A stretch of DNA of 64,000 bases from Squalus acanthias (GCA_030390025.1 CM059441.1:62496001-62560000), one strand, 5' to 3'. Positions 1 to 12,500 are shown, counted from the stretch's first letter. The notes: a model not told the origin generated them from the letters alone. Translations and numbers: made by a program.

Positions 1-532
1 TTGATTTGACACTCCCAGTCACCAGCCCCTCAAGGTCGACCAGCAAGGCCATTTGCAGTGTCCCCCACTGAAAGTCAGCAGCCTTCCAGCAGCCATGCTG
101 CAGCCAATGGGGTAGCACTGTGTGACATCAGTAGGATGGGCAAAGGCACACACAAGACAATGATTAAGAGAATGCATAAGGGTGATGAGTTGTTTTCTTG
201 ATGTCATATTGGATGGATAGATGTATAAAGTTGGGTTGAAAAGTTTGCTTTGTGGTGGCTTTTACTTCAGCATTGTGGCCAAGAGGACGTTGTGATGGTC
301 AGTAACAGAGGGAAGGTAAGGTGTGGGGCTAATATTAAAAGGGGAATTGGGTTTGTGGTCACTGTTACCGCAAGCGGATGACTCCATCCCGGATATCCCG
401 GCCCGAAAGGGGCTGTCTGAGTTGCATCCTTCATTCTGCTTCCTCCTCTTCTGCTTCCTCCTCTTCTGCTTCCAGCTTCTTCCACTTCTGTGTCTTCTTC
501 TACTGTGTCTTCCTCTTCCCTCTGCGACTGGA

Positions 533-1310
533 TGCTGTAAATCTGAAATGACAGCATAAAATGCTGGAAATACTCAGCAGGTCAGGCAGCATCTCGACGT
601 GAGGTTATTTCAAGGGGGATAGAGTATAAAAGTAGGGATGTCTTGCTACAACTGTACAGGGTGCTGGTGAGACCACACCTAGAGCACTGCATACCGTTTT
701 GGTCCCCTTATTTAAGGAGGAATATACTTGCATTGGAGGCAGTTCAGAGAAGGTTCACTAGGTTGATTCCTGGGATGGAAGGGTTGTCTTATGAGGAAAG
801 GTTGAGCAGGTTGGGCCTATACTCATTGGAGTTTAGAAGAATGAGAGGTGATCTTATTGAAACATAAGATTCTGAGGGGGTTGGACTGGGTAGATGCTGA
901 GAGGATGTTTCCCCTCGTGGGGGGAATCTAGTACAAGGGGGCATGGTCTCAGAAAAAAGGTGTTGCCCATTTAAGACGGAGATGAGGAGGAATTTCTTCT
1001 CAGAGGGTCGTGAATCTTTGGAATTCTTTACCCCAGAGAGCTGTTGAAGCTGAGTCATTGAATATATTCAAGGCTAAGATCGACAGACTTTTGAGCAACA
1101 GGGTAGTCAAGGGTTTTGGGGAGCGGGCAGGAAAGTGGAGTTGAGGCCAAAATCGGATCAGCCATGATCTCATTAAATGGCGGAGCAGGCTCGAGGGGCC
1201 GAATGGCCTACTCCTGCTCCTATTTCTTATGTTCTTATGTGAACTCTGTTTTTCTCTCCATGGATGTTGCCTGACCTGTTGAGTATTTGCAGCATTTTCT
1301 GTCTTTTCAG
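533..1310. mobile_element. Short palindromic (MITE-like) interspersed repeat split by a CR1 insertion
   Basis: AAATGCTGGAAATACTCAGCAGGTCAGGCAGCATC (~558-593) is the imperfect reverse complement of GATGTTGCCTGACCTGTTGAGTATTTGCAGCATTT (~1263-1297). Confidence 0.6.
596..1240 (+). mobile_element. CR1 LINE (HER1-like), 5'-truncated
   Basis: ORF2 C-terminus LYRVLVRPHLEHC..FWSP..LEAVQRRFTRLIPG..LEFRRMRGDLIE, CR1 3' UTR hairpin and TTCTTATG tail repeats. Confidence 0.93.
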
Positions 1311-1827
1311 AGGCCTTTCTTTACCATCCGAGGCCTTGCAAGTGTCCAGCAGCACTCCCAACAAACTTAATTTGTTTTAACATATATTGCAGCAAGCCAC
1401 TACTTTAATAAAATCAAAAAAAGTCCAGACGCTTAAATCCCAACTTACCTGAAAGATGTGTGTGCCCCTTTAAGAGGTGCTGACTGTGCCTCCATCAGTC
1501 TGCTTGCATGCTGGGTTTACATGGCGCATGCTTAGGACCCAGCGCTGAACTCGGCACTTGGGTCAAAGTTCTCCGTGGTGACGTTAAGTCGGCGTGTCAC
1601 CACAGCGCTATTTTTCTTTTCAGGGCGTTACTACTTACCAGCAGCGCTACCAGGACCATGAAAATGGCGGATGCCGCGGGACCCGCCACCAACTGGCGGA
1701 AGAGTGGCGCCCGCCGCTTTCTCCACATTAACGGGTGGCGATAAGATAGGGAATTTCTCCCCCTATGATTCTATATCTGGTCACTTTATCATTTAATACC
1801 AAATAGGTTTCCCTACATTAAGTAGTT

Positions 1828-2140
1828 GCTCACACACACTCACTTATACACACTCATAGACACACTCACTCATACACACTCACTCACACACTCATGTATA
1901 CTCAAACAGTCACACACACTAATATACACACACTTACACATACACGCTCAGTCATAAGCACTCATGCACATAAACATTCACACACAAGATGCACAAATAC
2001 TCACTCACACACATACACACTCGTGTACATACACACACTCATGTACATACACACACACACTCGTGTACATACACACACACACTCGTGTACATACACACAT
2101 ACAAATACACACTTATACACGCACTCACATTCACACACTC
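1828..2140. repeat. Degenerate (CA)n-rich microsatellite
   Basis: Directly visible; explains the His/Thr-rich ORFs. Confidence 0.95.
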
Positions 2141-2274
2141 ATTCTATGTCTCTATATCTGCTCTCTCTACGATTGAAGGCCAAATCTGTTCCCTTTCATT
2201 AAGTGGTTGCTCTCTCAATCCAACGGCTATGATGAATCCAATTTCCTGAATTCAGCTCAAAAAGTAAAATGTAC

Positions 2275-2320
2275 CTGGTAGCAAGTGGAGAAAGATTGGC
2301 ATCAATCTGAGGACCTCCAT
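2275..2320 (-). CDS. Gene D leader (signal peptide) exon, probably Siglec-like; gene continues off the left edge
   Basis: Acceptor tttgtgtttag| (exon starts 2334), ATG at 2320, MEVLRLMPIFLHLLP plus one base, phase-1 donor CAG|GTACAT. The paralogous segment at 17553-17700 lies just upstream of a Siglec V remnant. Confidence 0.65.
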
Positions 2321-3194
2321 CTTCAGTTCCTCTCCTAAACACAAAAATAAAAATAGGAAGTCTTTTTTAACAAGTCTGACCCAGCATTCCTTCCTCAACA
2401 ACTTGCATCTAAATTGCAACTTTCAGGTCGAAAACAGCCCAAGATGTTTCACCAACGTCAAGCCAAGGAAGGAGAGATTGGGAAGGGATGGCCAAAACCA
2501 ACGGCATAAAGAAAAAATTAGTTGGCCTGTCATCTCCTTTGCTGGGTGTTGGATCTTGTTAGCCATGGCTCAGTGGGTTTATCACTCTCTCACTGCTGCC
2601 TCTGAGTCAGAAGGTTGTGGGTTTGAGTCCCTGCTCCAGAGAATTTGAACACATATTCCAGTGAAGTGGGGGAAAGAGTTAAAATGACATTGCTGGCAGT
2701 TACACTGAATGGTGTAAGAATGACAGGGGCGAACATGAAAGGCCACATCCATAAAGAGGCGGTCAAGATAGCTGGCCTTTGAAGACTAAAAAAGCAATTA
2801 AGTGGAGACAGGGTTCTAGAATTTCAGCTACCCTTAAGAACTTTATTATCTGGGTCACATTCCAAGTTATCTTTTGATCAGCATTCAGCAGTTTGAGTGA
2901 ATGACTGAGGAGGCACCTTACACATGTTTACCTCAGGACATGTAACCAATCCGTGAAGGTGCATGCGGGCCAAGATCCAATCAGGTTGCAGGAATGAATA
3001 GTGCATGATCCGGCCATGTGTATTTTAATGTATAAAAATGTAGTGTTTGCTGTAACAATTTGGAGAAGTCTGGCTGAAGATAGAGCAGATTGTCTCCCCA
3101 TCGGTGCATTAAAGATAACTTGACTATCGATCTGAAAACCTTGTGTCGAGTGTTGGTTTAAAATACTCCACAACATCAGGCAGACAGTCCCTGG

Positions 3195-3830
3195 CGCCAG
3201 TATTGAGGAAGCGCTGCCCTGTCAGAGCACTGCAGTGTCGAAAGGGGCAGTACTGAGGGAGTGCTGCACTGTTGGAAGGGGAAGTACTGATGGAGCACTG
3301 CACTGTCGGAAGGGGCAGTACTGAGGAAGTACTGCACTGTCGGAAGGGGCAGTACTGCAGGAGTGTTGCACTGTCGGAAGGGGTAGTACTGACAGAGCAC
3401 TGCACTGTCGGAAGGGGCAGTACTGAGGGAGTGCTGCATTGTCAGAAGTGGCAGTACTGAAGGACTGCTGCACTGTCGGATGGGGCAGTACTGAGGGAGT
3501 GCTGCATTGTCGAAAGGGGCAGTACTGAGGCAGCGCTGTACTGTTGGAGGTGCCATCTTTTGGATGAGACGTTAAACCGATGCCCATGTCTGCCCTCTCG
3601 GGTGGACGTAGAAGATCTCAGGGCCACTATTTTGAAGAGCAAGGGAGTTCTCCTGGAGCCAATATTTATCCCTGAACTTACATCTCTCAAAAATAGCATC
3701 CCTGGACATTACCAAAATGCTATTTGTGGCACCTTGCTGTGTGAAAATTGGCTTCCGCATTTCATACATTGCGACATTACAAAAAGAGAACTCAGTTGTA
3801 AAGTGCTTTGGGACGTCCTGAGGTCGGGAA
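3195..3830 (+). mobile_element. Deu-domain SINE (SacSINE1/AmnSINE-like) carrying ~10 copies of a 33-bp minisatellite
   Basis: Array ~3200-3545 followed by SINE body GGATGAGACGTTAAACCG..GGTGGACGTA..AATATTTATCCCT..GGGACGTCCTGAGG. Confidence 0.85.
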
Positions 3831-3878
3831 ATGAACAAGGGTTTCACCCAAGGATGAAAACACCTTGGTTCTACTTAC

Positions 3879-3997
3879 TGAAGAATCCCCCCTGGGTTGC
3901 AGGTTGAATCCTGTCGGACGAGCAGTTAGTTTGATCCACTTCAGCTCCCTGATGTAAACCTGGAAGTGTTGAGTTGAACGGGATCGTAGGCGATCAA
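3879..3997 (-). other. Candidate non-coding first exon of gene D
   Basis: Ends in donor TTCA|GTAAGT; highly similar inverted copy at ~14108-14225; contains CACTTCC ETS-like cores. The start is approximate. Confidence 0.45.
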
Positions 3998-4284
3998 TTT
4001 TCACTTCCCACTGCAACGGGCTAGAGGCGATTGGGAGTGATCCGAGTTTAAGAGGATGTGAATCCTGTGGGTCAGATGGTTTCTGACGTGAAGCTTCCTA
4101 TATGTCCTTATTTGGGGCAGTGGGCGTCAAGTTGTGATAATTATTTTAAAACTGTGCAACCACATACGGTCCATTTTTATCATCGACCGTTTGTGACAGA
4201 CTAGTGCACAGAAACACACAGCAATCTCAGCGAGAGGCGGAAATTGGTCCATAGTCAAGTATGAAGCTGTAAACTCAACAGTCC

Positions 4285-5240
4285 ACACTCTCACTCACAC
4301 TCGCAGTCACAATCTCAGACACACACACTCACACACACGCACACTTACACTCACACAAAAACACACACTCTCAGACACACTCGCACACAGTCAAACACAC
4401 ACACTCAGACACACACTCGCACACACACTCAGACACACATATACACTCATACACACACTCACGCACTCACACGCACTCACACACACGCACAGACTCTCAA
4501 ACACACACTCACATTCACAAACAGTCCATGATAAAAAGGGACCGTGTGTGATTTTACAGCTCTAAAATAATTATAACAAATTGACGTCCAATGCACCAAA
4601 TAAGGACATAGAAGCATCGCGTCAGAAACCATCTGACCCCCAAGATTCACAACTCCCCTCAAACACACACTCATACACTCACACACACACTCTCACTACT
4701 CATACACTCTCACACACTCACACACGCACTCTCAAACACACAAACTCACACTCTCAAACACACATTCACACTCAAACACACACACTCATACTCACACTCA
4801 CTCTCAAACACACACACACACACACTCTCAAACACACACACTCACACACACTCTCAAACACACACACACACACTCAAACACTCATAAACTCACACACGCA
4901 CTCTCAAACACACATACTCACACTCAAACACACACTCTCATACACTCACACTCTCAAACACACACGCAGACACTCATACACTCACACACACACTCTCACA
5001 CTCACACACACACATGCATGCATACACTCACAAACACACTCTCACACACTCTCAAACACACACACTCACACTATCAGACACTTACATTCACACTCTAGAA
5101 CACACACACTCACACTCATACATTCATACTCTCAAACACACACACTCATACACTCACACACACATTAAAATACACACACTCACACACTCAAACACTCACA
5201 GAAACACTCTCAAACACACACTCGCTCACACACACGCAAA
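4285..5240. repeat. (CA)/(CACT)-rich microsatellite tract, interrupted by a unique block at ~4515-4660
   Basis: Directly visible. Confidence 0.95.
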
Positions 5241-6590
5241 CACTCCCCTCATTCAATCCTCACAATCACTCCCCTATCTCACTCCCCTATCTCACTCCTC
5301 ACTCTCTCATCACTCTCTCCCCTCACTCACTCCCCTCATTCTCTCCCCTGACTCTCTCCCCTGACTCTCTCTCCTCACTCTCTCCCCCTCACTCTCTCTC
5401 CTCACTCTCTCCCTCACTCTCTCTCCTCACTCTCTCCTCACTCTCTCTCTCCTCACTCTCTCTCCTCACTCTCTCCCCTCACTCTCTCTCCTCACTCTTC
5501 TCCTCACTCTCTCTCACCCTCTCCTCACTCTCTCCCCTCACACTCTCCTCACCCCTCTCCTCACTCTCTCTCCTCCCTCTCTCTCTTCACTCTCTCTCCT
5601 CACTCTCACCCCTCACTCTCTCTCCTCACTCTCTTCCTCACTCTCCTCACCCCTTCCTCACTCTCTCCCCTCACTCTCTCTCCTCATTCTTCCCCTCACT
5701 CTCTCTCCTCACCTCCTCTCTCTCACTCTCTCCCCTCACTCTCTCTCCTCACTCTCTCTCCTCACTCTCTCTCCTCACTCTCTCTCCTCACTCTCTCTCC
5801 TCACTCTCTCCTCACTCTCTCCTCACTCTCTCTCCTCACTCTCTCTCCTCACTCTCTCTCCTCACTCTCTCTCCTCCTCTCTCTCCTCACTCTCTCTCCT
5901 CACTCTCTCCCTCACTCTCTCTCCTCACTCTCTCCCCTCACTCTCTCCTCACTCTCTCCTCTCACTCTCTCTCCTCTCACATACTCTCCCTCAATCACTG
6001 CTCTCACACCCCTCACTCAATATTCCACTCAATTAATCATTCCTCTCCCTCCCTCACACACACCACCCCTCACTCCGCTCATGCATTCCCATCCCTCCCT
6101 CCCTCACTCCCCTTTCTCCCTGCCCTTCCTCAATCACTCAGTTCCCTCCCTCACTTTCGTCCCACACTCACCCACTTCCCTCACTCACTCCCCTCCCTCC
6201 CCTCCATCCCTCACACCCCACCTTCACTGACTCACCTCACCTCTCCCCTCCCCCTCACTCACTTGCCTCCCTCCCCTCAATCCCCTCCCTCACTCCCCTC
6301 CTGCACTCACTCACTCCTCTCCCTCACTAACTCTCCTTGCTCGCTCCCCTCCCTAACTCTTCTCCCTAACTCTCTCCCCTCCCTCACTCCCTTCCCTCAC
6401 CTCCATCCCTCACTCTCCTCAACTCTCCCACCCCTCCCTCACTCCCCTCCCTCCCTCAATCACTCCACTCAGTCACTCCCCTCAGTCCCCTCCCTCACTC
6501 CCCTCCTGCACTCACTCACTCCCCTCCCTCACCCCTCTCCCTAACTCAAACCTCTCCCTCACTCACTCCCGTCTCTCTCTCTCTCTATCC
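5240..6590. repeat. Polypyrimidine (CTCACTCTCT-type) low-complexity tract
   Basis: About 1.3 kb almost devoid of G on the + strand. Confidence 0.95.
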
Positions 6591-6616
6591 AATGGTGTAA
6601 GCCAGGTGGGTAGCAA

Positions 6617-6632
6617 TAGCGCCCCCTAGTGA
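6617..6632 (-). promoter_or_regulatory. CTCF-like motif
   Basis: Minus strand TCACTAGGGGGCGCTA closely matches the CTCF core CCASYAGRKGGCRS and lies in unique sequence. Confidence 0.5.
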
Positions 6633-6984
6633 CCTGAGCAGGCTTCTACCGACCCTCGATCTCTGAGAATCCAGACGAGCAACCACTTGATGAGTAGGGG
6701 CCAGATATCAATCAACAAATCTGCCTTATTTCACAACGAGTGAACATACTGTTGACTCCACTTGCTCCTGTATCCAATATTGAGAAATAAAACATGGTCA
6801 CAGAGAAATTTCATTCACCACTATTTATGCTAAGGAAGTTATTGCTAAATCCTTTATAAAACACTGGGTGAGCTCCGGCTGGAGTATTGTGTTCAATTCG
6901 GGCCACCACACATTAGCAGGGATATCAAGGCCTTTGAAAGGGTGCACAGAAGATTTAATAGAGGAGTTCAAGATGATGAGAGAT

Positions 6985-9135
6985 GTTGGTTGAGGGATAA
7001 ATATTGGCACAGGACACCAGGGGAAGCTCCTTGCTCTTCTTCGTAATAGTGGCCGCGGGATCTTTTACATCTCAGCTGACAGGACAGACGGGGCCCTGGT
7101 TTAACATCTCATCCCAATAAACGGTACTTCCGACAGTGCAGCGTTCCCTCAGTAATGCCCATCTGACAGTGCAGCACTCCCTCAGTACTGCCCCTCTGAC
7201 AGTGCAGCATTCCCTCAGTACTGCCCCTCCGACAGTGCAGCGCTCCTTCAGTACTGCCCCTCCAACAGTGCAGCGCTCCCTCAGTACTGCCCCTCTGCGA
7301 GTACAGCGCTCCCTCAGTACTGCCCCTCCGACAGTGCAGTGCTGCCTCAGTACTGCCCCTCTGACAGTGCAGCACTCCCTCAGTACTGCCCCTCCGACAG
7401 TACTGCGCTCCCTCAGTTCTGCCCCTCCAACAGTACAGTGCTGCCTCAGTACTGCCCCTCCGACAGTGCAGCACTCCCTCAGTACTGCCCCTCCGACAGT
7501 GCAGCGCTCCCTCAGTTCTGCCTCTCCGACAGTGCAGCACTCCCTCAGTACTGCCCCTCTGACAGTGCAGCGCTCTCTCAGTACTGCCCTCTGACAGGGC
7601 AGCACTCTCTCAGTACTGTCCTCTGAGAGTGCAACACTCGCTGATTACTGCCCCTCCGACAGGGCAGCGCTCCCTCAATACTGCCGCTCCGACAGTGCAG
7701 CACTCCTTCAGTACTGCCCCTCCAACAGTGCAGTGCTCCCTCAGTACTGCCCCTCCGACAGTGCGACGCTCCCTCAGTACTGCCCCTCCGACAGTGCAGC
7801 GCTCCCTCAGCACTGCCCTCCGACAGTGCAGCGCTCCCTCAGTACTGCCCCTCTGACAGTGCAGCGCTCCCGCAATACTGCCCTCCGACAGTGCAGCACT
7901 CCCCCAGTACTGCCCCTCTGACAGTGCAGCGCTCCCTCAGTACTCCACTCCGACAGTGCAGCACTCCCTCAGTACTGCCCTCCGACAGTGCAGCACTCCC
8001 TCAGTACTGCCCCTCCGACAGTGCAGTGCACCCTCAGTACTGCCCCTCCGACAGTGCAGCGCTCCTTCAGTACTGCCCCTCCGACAGTGCAGGACTCCTC
8101 AGTACTGCCCCTCCAACAGTGCAGGACTCCCTCAGTACTGCCCCTCCGACAGTGCAGCGCTCCTTGAGTACTGCTCCTCCGACAGTGCAGCAGTCCCTCA
8201 GTACTGCCCCTCCGACAGTGCAGCAGTCCCTCAGTACTGCCCCTCCGACAGTGCAGCGCTCTCTCAGTACTGCCAAATGACAGTGCAGCGCTCCCTCAAA
8301 ACTGCCGCTCCGACAGTGCAGCACTCCCTCAAAACTGCCCCTCCAACAGTGCAGTGCTCCCTCAGTGTTGCCCTTCTGACAGTGCAGCACTCCCTCAGTA
8401 CTGCCCCTCTGACAGTGCAGCGCTCCCTCAGTACTGCCCCTCTAACAGTGCAGCGCTTCCTCAGTACTACCGCTCCGACAGTGCAGCACTCCCTCAGTAC
8501 TGCCCCTCCGACAGTGCAGCACTCCCTCGGTACTGCCCCTCCGTCAGTGCAGGACTCCCTCAGTACTGCCCCTCCGACAGTGTGTGCTCCCTCAGTACTG
8601 CCCCTCCGACAGTGCAGCACTCCCTCAGTACTGCCCCTCCGACAGTGCAGCACTCCCTCAGTACTGCCCCTCCGACAGTGCAGCGCTCGCTCAGTACTGC
8701 CCCTCCGAAAGTGCAGCACTCCCTCAGTAGTGTCCCTCTGACAGTGCAGCACTCCCTCAGTTTTGCCCCTCTGACAGTGCAGCACTCCCTCAGTACTGCC
8801 CCTCCGACAGTGTATGCTCCCTCAGTACTGCCCCTCCGACAGTGCAGCACTCCCTCAGTACTGCCCCTCCGACAGTGCAGCGCTCCCTCAGTACTGCCCC
8901 TCTGACAGTGCAGCACTCTCTCAGTACTGCCCCTCTGACAGTGCAGCGCTCCCTCAGTACTGCCTCTCTGACTGTGCAGCACTCCCTCAGTACTGCCCCT
9001 CTGACAGTGCAGTGCTCCCTCAGTACTGCCCCTCCGACAGTGCAGCACTCCCTCAGTACTGCCCCTCTGACAGTGCAGCGCTCCCTCAGTACTGGCACTG
9101 GAAGTGTCGGCCTGGATTTCTGTGCACAAATACAA
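6985..9135 (-). repeat. Deu-SINE with a ~59-unit 33-bp minisatellite (7130-9090)
   Basis: Unit CAGTGCAGCGCTCCCTCAGTACTGCCCCTCCGA, flanked by SINE body (6985-7130) and SINE 5' part (9090-9135). Confidence 0.92.
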
Positions 9136-9149
9136 TCGTGCACTTGTCC

Positions 9150-9530
9150 ACTTTCCAAAAACCTCACCTGCTTACGATACAAAGCGACAGATTCTCATTG
9201 TGGTTTTCAAACCCCTCCTTGGCCTTGCCCTTCCTTATCTATGTAACCTCCTCCAGCTTCCAACCCCTTGAGATCTCTGCGCATCTCCAAATCTGGCCGG
9301 TTGCGCCTCCCTGATTTCCATCGCATCACCATTGGTGGCCGTGCCTTCAGCTGCCAAGGTCCTCAGCTCAGGAATTTCCTCCCTAAACCTCTCCCCCTCG
9401 CTCTCCTCCTGAAAGATGCTCCTTAAAACTGACCACTTTGAACAAGCTTTTGGTCGCTTGTCCTAATATCTCCTTATGTGGCTCGTTGTCAAACGTTTTT
9501 TGCAATGCTCCTGTATAAATGCAAGATGTT
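9150..9530 (+). mobile_element. L2-like LINE 3' fragment
   Basis: Matches the other L2 pieces here (GGTGGCCGTGCCTTCAGCT..CTCCTTAAAAC..TCTCCTTATGTGGCTC). Confidence 0.7.
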
Positions 9531-9544
9531 GTTGTAATGACATT

Positions 9545-10020
9545 CATAGAATTAAAAGTACAGAAACAGGCCATTCGGCCCACACAGGTCCACATGAGCC
9601 TCCTCCCACCCCTCTTCATCTCACACTATCTAAACTAATCTAATCCTATCAGCATATCCTTCTATTCCTTTCTCCCTCATGTGTTTATCCAACTTCCCCT
9701 TAAATGCATCTATGCTGTTCACCTCAACTACTCCCTGTGGTAGCGAGGTCCACATTCTCACCACACTCTGGACAAAGAATTTTCTCCTGAACTCCCAACT
9801 GGATTTATTCGTGGCTATATTATATTTTTGACCCCGAGTTCTGAACTCCCCACAAGTGGAAACATCTTCTGTACATCTACCCTATCAAACCCCTTCATGA
9901 TTTTAAAGACCTCTATCAGGTCACCCCTCAGCCTTCTCTTTTCTAGAGAAAAGAGCCCCAGCCTGTTCAGTCTTTCCTGATCATTGTAACCTCTCAGCTC
10001 TGGTGTTATCTTTGTGAATC
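9545..10020 (-). mobile_element. CR1 LINE 3' fragment
   Basis: Reverse complement encodes RLRGDLIEVFKIMKGFD plus a CR1 3' UTR. Confidence 0.85.
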
Positions 10021-10139
10021 GGATTCACTTATTTCAATGAGTATGATTTGTTTTCCTGTAGTAATAGAAAGTAACGAACACACTAAGCAGCCCCACATGT
10101 CAGTGGCTCATCCTGTTTAAACAAAGTAACTTCCAACTA

Positions 10140-10545
10140 ATCCTTAGAGCAGACAAGGCTAAGAGGAGATTTGATAGAGTTGTTTAAAATCATGAAGGGT
10201 TTAGATAGAGTAAATAAAGAGAAACTGGCTGAAGGGTCGATAACCAGAGGGCACAGATTTAAGGTGATTGGCAAAAGAACCAGAGGCGACATGAGGAAAA
10301 ACTTCTTTACGCAACGAGTGGTTAGGATTTGGAATGAACTTCCTGATAAGGGGGTGGAAACAGATTCAATAGTAGCCTTCGAAAGGGAATTGGATAAATA
10401 CTTGAAGGGGAAAAATTTGCAGGGATATGGGGAAAGAGCGGGGAAGTGGGGCTGACTGGATTGCTCTTCGAAAGAGCCAGCGCAGCTCACTGGGCTGAAT
10501 TGCCTCCTTCTGTGCTTTACTATTCTGTGATTCTATGATTCTATT
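10140..10545 (+). mobile_element. CR1 LINE 3' fragment
   Basis: LIELFKIMKGLDRV..TRGH..RKNFFTQRVVRIWNELP; ATTCTATG-type tail. Confidence 0.9.
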
Positions 10546-10632
10546 CACCTGCAATCTAACCTTTCTGCAGCCTTAGATTGGCCTGATTGCCTGTGTTTTC
10601 CCCTCTTCTGTTGTCACTCAAGAGATATCCAA

Positions 10633-10935
10633 GACCGAGGCCCCGTCTGCCCTCTCAGGTGGACGTAAAAGATCCCACGGCCACTATTTGGAAGAAGAGC
10701 TGGGGGAGTTCTCTCCAGTGTCCTGGGGCCAATATTTATCCTTCAACCAACAACACTAAAAAGAATAGATAATCTGGTCATTATCTCATTGCTGTTTGTG
10801 GGAGCTTGCTGTGCACAAATTGGCTGCCGCGTTTCCTACAACATTGACTATGTTTCAAAAGTGCTTCATTGGCTGTGAAGCGTTTTGGCACGTCCTGAGG
10901 TTGTGATAGGCGCTATATAAATGCAAGTTCTGTCT
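10633..10935 (+). mobile_element. Deu-domain SINE body
   Basis: CCGAGGCCCCGTCTGCCCTCTCAGGTGGACGTAAAAGATCCC..GGCGCTATATAAATGCAAGT. Confidence 0.85.
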
Positions 10936-10996
10936 TTAAGCAGATCCTGTTTGTGTGGTAGGTCTTTTTCGACAGCAGTGTGTTTTTACACAAATA

Positions 10997-11010
10997 TCGC
11001 CACCTACTGC
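10997..11010 (-). promoter_or_regulatory. Second CTCF-like motif
   Basis: Minus strand GCAGTAGGTGGCGA, same orientation as the 6617 motif. Confidence 0.35.
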
Positions 11011-11224
11011 TGATGAGCAATATTGCAGGCAGCGCGCACACACAGTGTTGTAAAGGGTGTAATGGATTTGAAACCTCCCTTTATCCGTTAGGTGTTTTTT
11101 GTTTAAAGTGTTAACAGATAGGCTTGCCCCTTTACAAGTAGCGCTCCAATTATCCTGCACGCTCCCAGTTTGTAGAGATGTATTTTTTTCATTACTTCAG
11201 ATAGTTCACCTCTCTATTTGAACA

Positions 11225-11560
11225 ATGATGAGAATGTTAAAATCGAGCCATTGCCAGACTGGGACCCAATGTAAGTCAGGGGTGCTGGATGAACCCGACT
11301 TGGTGCGAGGTACGATATGGGGCAGCAGAGTTTTGGATGAGCTGAACTTCACGGAGGGTGGAAGATGGGAGGCCGGCCAAGAGAGCTTTAGAATAGCCGT
11401 GTCTGGAGGTGACAAAGGCATGGATGAGGGTTTCAGTAGCAGATGAGCTGAGGCAGTGGCGGAGTCGGACGATGTTACGGAGGTGGAAGTAGGCGGTCTT
11501 GATAATTGAGAGGATATGGGGGTCGGAAGCTCAGCTTAGGGTCAAATAGGAGACAGAAGG
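11225..11560 (-). mobile_element. L2-like LINE RT fragment
   Basis: Reverse complement is homologous to the L2 piece at ~62900-63330. Confidence 0.7.
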
Positions 11561-11864
11561 GAAAAAACAAGCACAAAATAACCATTTGGGTCTGTACAGG
11601 CAACAGATCTGGAAAGTTCCCAGGATTAACTCACAGTCCCGATGTATATGTAATACATTGACAGCAACATTGCCCAAGGTCAGGTCAAAAGGGGTGTAAG
11701 AGTTAGCAGTAAGATTAAACTGCAGAAGCTCCTTGGCCCATAAGAACACTCACAGATCAGATCATGGTGTGAATTGCAGAGCCCCGTACAGCTTGTAGAC
11801 CATTAGCACTTTCATTATCGACAGTCTCACAACCTTTTCAAACTTGCATGAAAACATTACAGTT

Positions 11865-12500
11865 CATATGAGTGTGTATAAGTGTGTCTGTGTGAGTGTG
11901 AGTGTGTGTGAGTGAGTGAGTGAGTGAGTGTGTGTGAGTCTGTGAGTTTGCGTGAGTGTGCATGTGTGTGTGAGTGAGTGTGAGAGTGTGTGTGTGAATG
12001 TGAGTGTTTGTGTGTGAGTGTGAGTGTGAGTGTTAGTGAGTGAGTGTGAGTGTTTGTGTGACTGTGTGAATGAGTGTGAGTGAGTGTGAGTGTGTGAGTG
12101 AGTGAGTGTGTTTGTGTGAATGAGTGTGTGAGTGTGAGTGTGTGTGTGTGAGTGAGTGAGTGTGAATGAGTGTGAGTGAGTGTGAGTGTGTGTGTGTGAG
12201 TGAGTGTGTTTGTGTGAATGAGTGTGTGAGTGTGTGTGTTTGTGCGAGTGTGTGATTGAGTGTGAGTGTTTGTGTGTGTGTGTGTGAGTGTTTGTGTGTG
12301 AGTGAGTGAGTGTGCGAGTGTGTGAGTGTTTGTGTGTGTGTGTGTGTGTGTGTGAGTGTTTGTGTGTGAGTGAGTGAGTGTGCGAGTGTGTGAGTGTTTG
12401 TGTGTGTGTGTGTTTGTGTGTGAGTGAGTGAGTGTGCAAGTGTGTGAGTGTTTGTGTGTGAGTGTGTGTGAGTGAGTGAGTGTGCGAGTGTGTTTGAGAC
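11865..12500. repeat. (GT)/(GAGT) microsatellite
   Basis: Directly visible. Confidence 0.95.

Larger units (their letters stand above)
1..1763. mobile_element. Right part of a PIF/Harbinger-like DNA transposon remnant, with nested insertions
   Basis: Minus strand ~365-520 reads an acidic tract then RQPLSGRDIRDGVIRLR*, resembling HARBI1-type transposase C-termini. Plus strand 1-190 resembles the end of the Myb-gene ORF at ~30250-30330. The GC-rich subterminal region ends in AATTTCTCCCCC at ~1763. Confidence 0.45.

Noticed and set aside
4581-5364. His/Thr-rich ORFs (also 1894-2249, 11864-12620, 14283-14642)
   Set aside because: Translations of CA/GT microsatellites.
7130-9090. CRISPR-like regular 33-bp repeat
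   Set aside because: Head-to-tail units with no unique spacers, vertebrate context, no cas genes.
7072-9314. Long Cys-rich ORFs (QYCPSDSAALP / GGAVLRERCTV) here and at 3124-3699, 18640-19432, 20256-21692 and 57331-57625
   Set aside because: Translations of the 33-bp SINE minisatellite, open in several frames on both strands.
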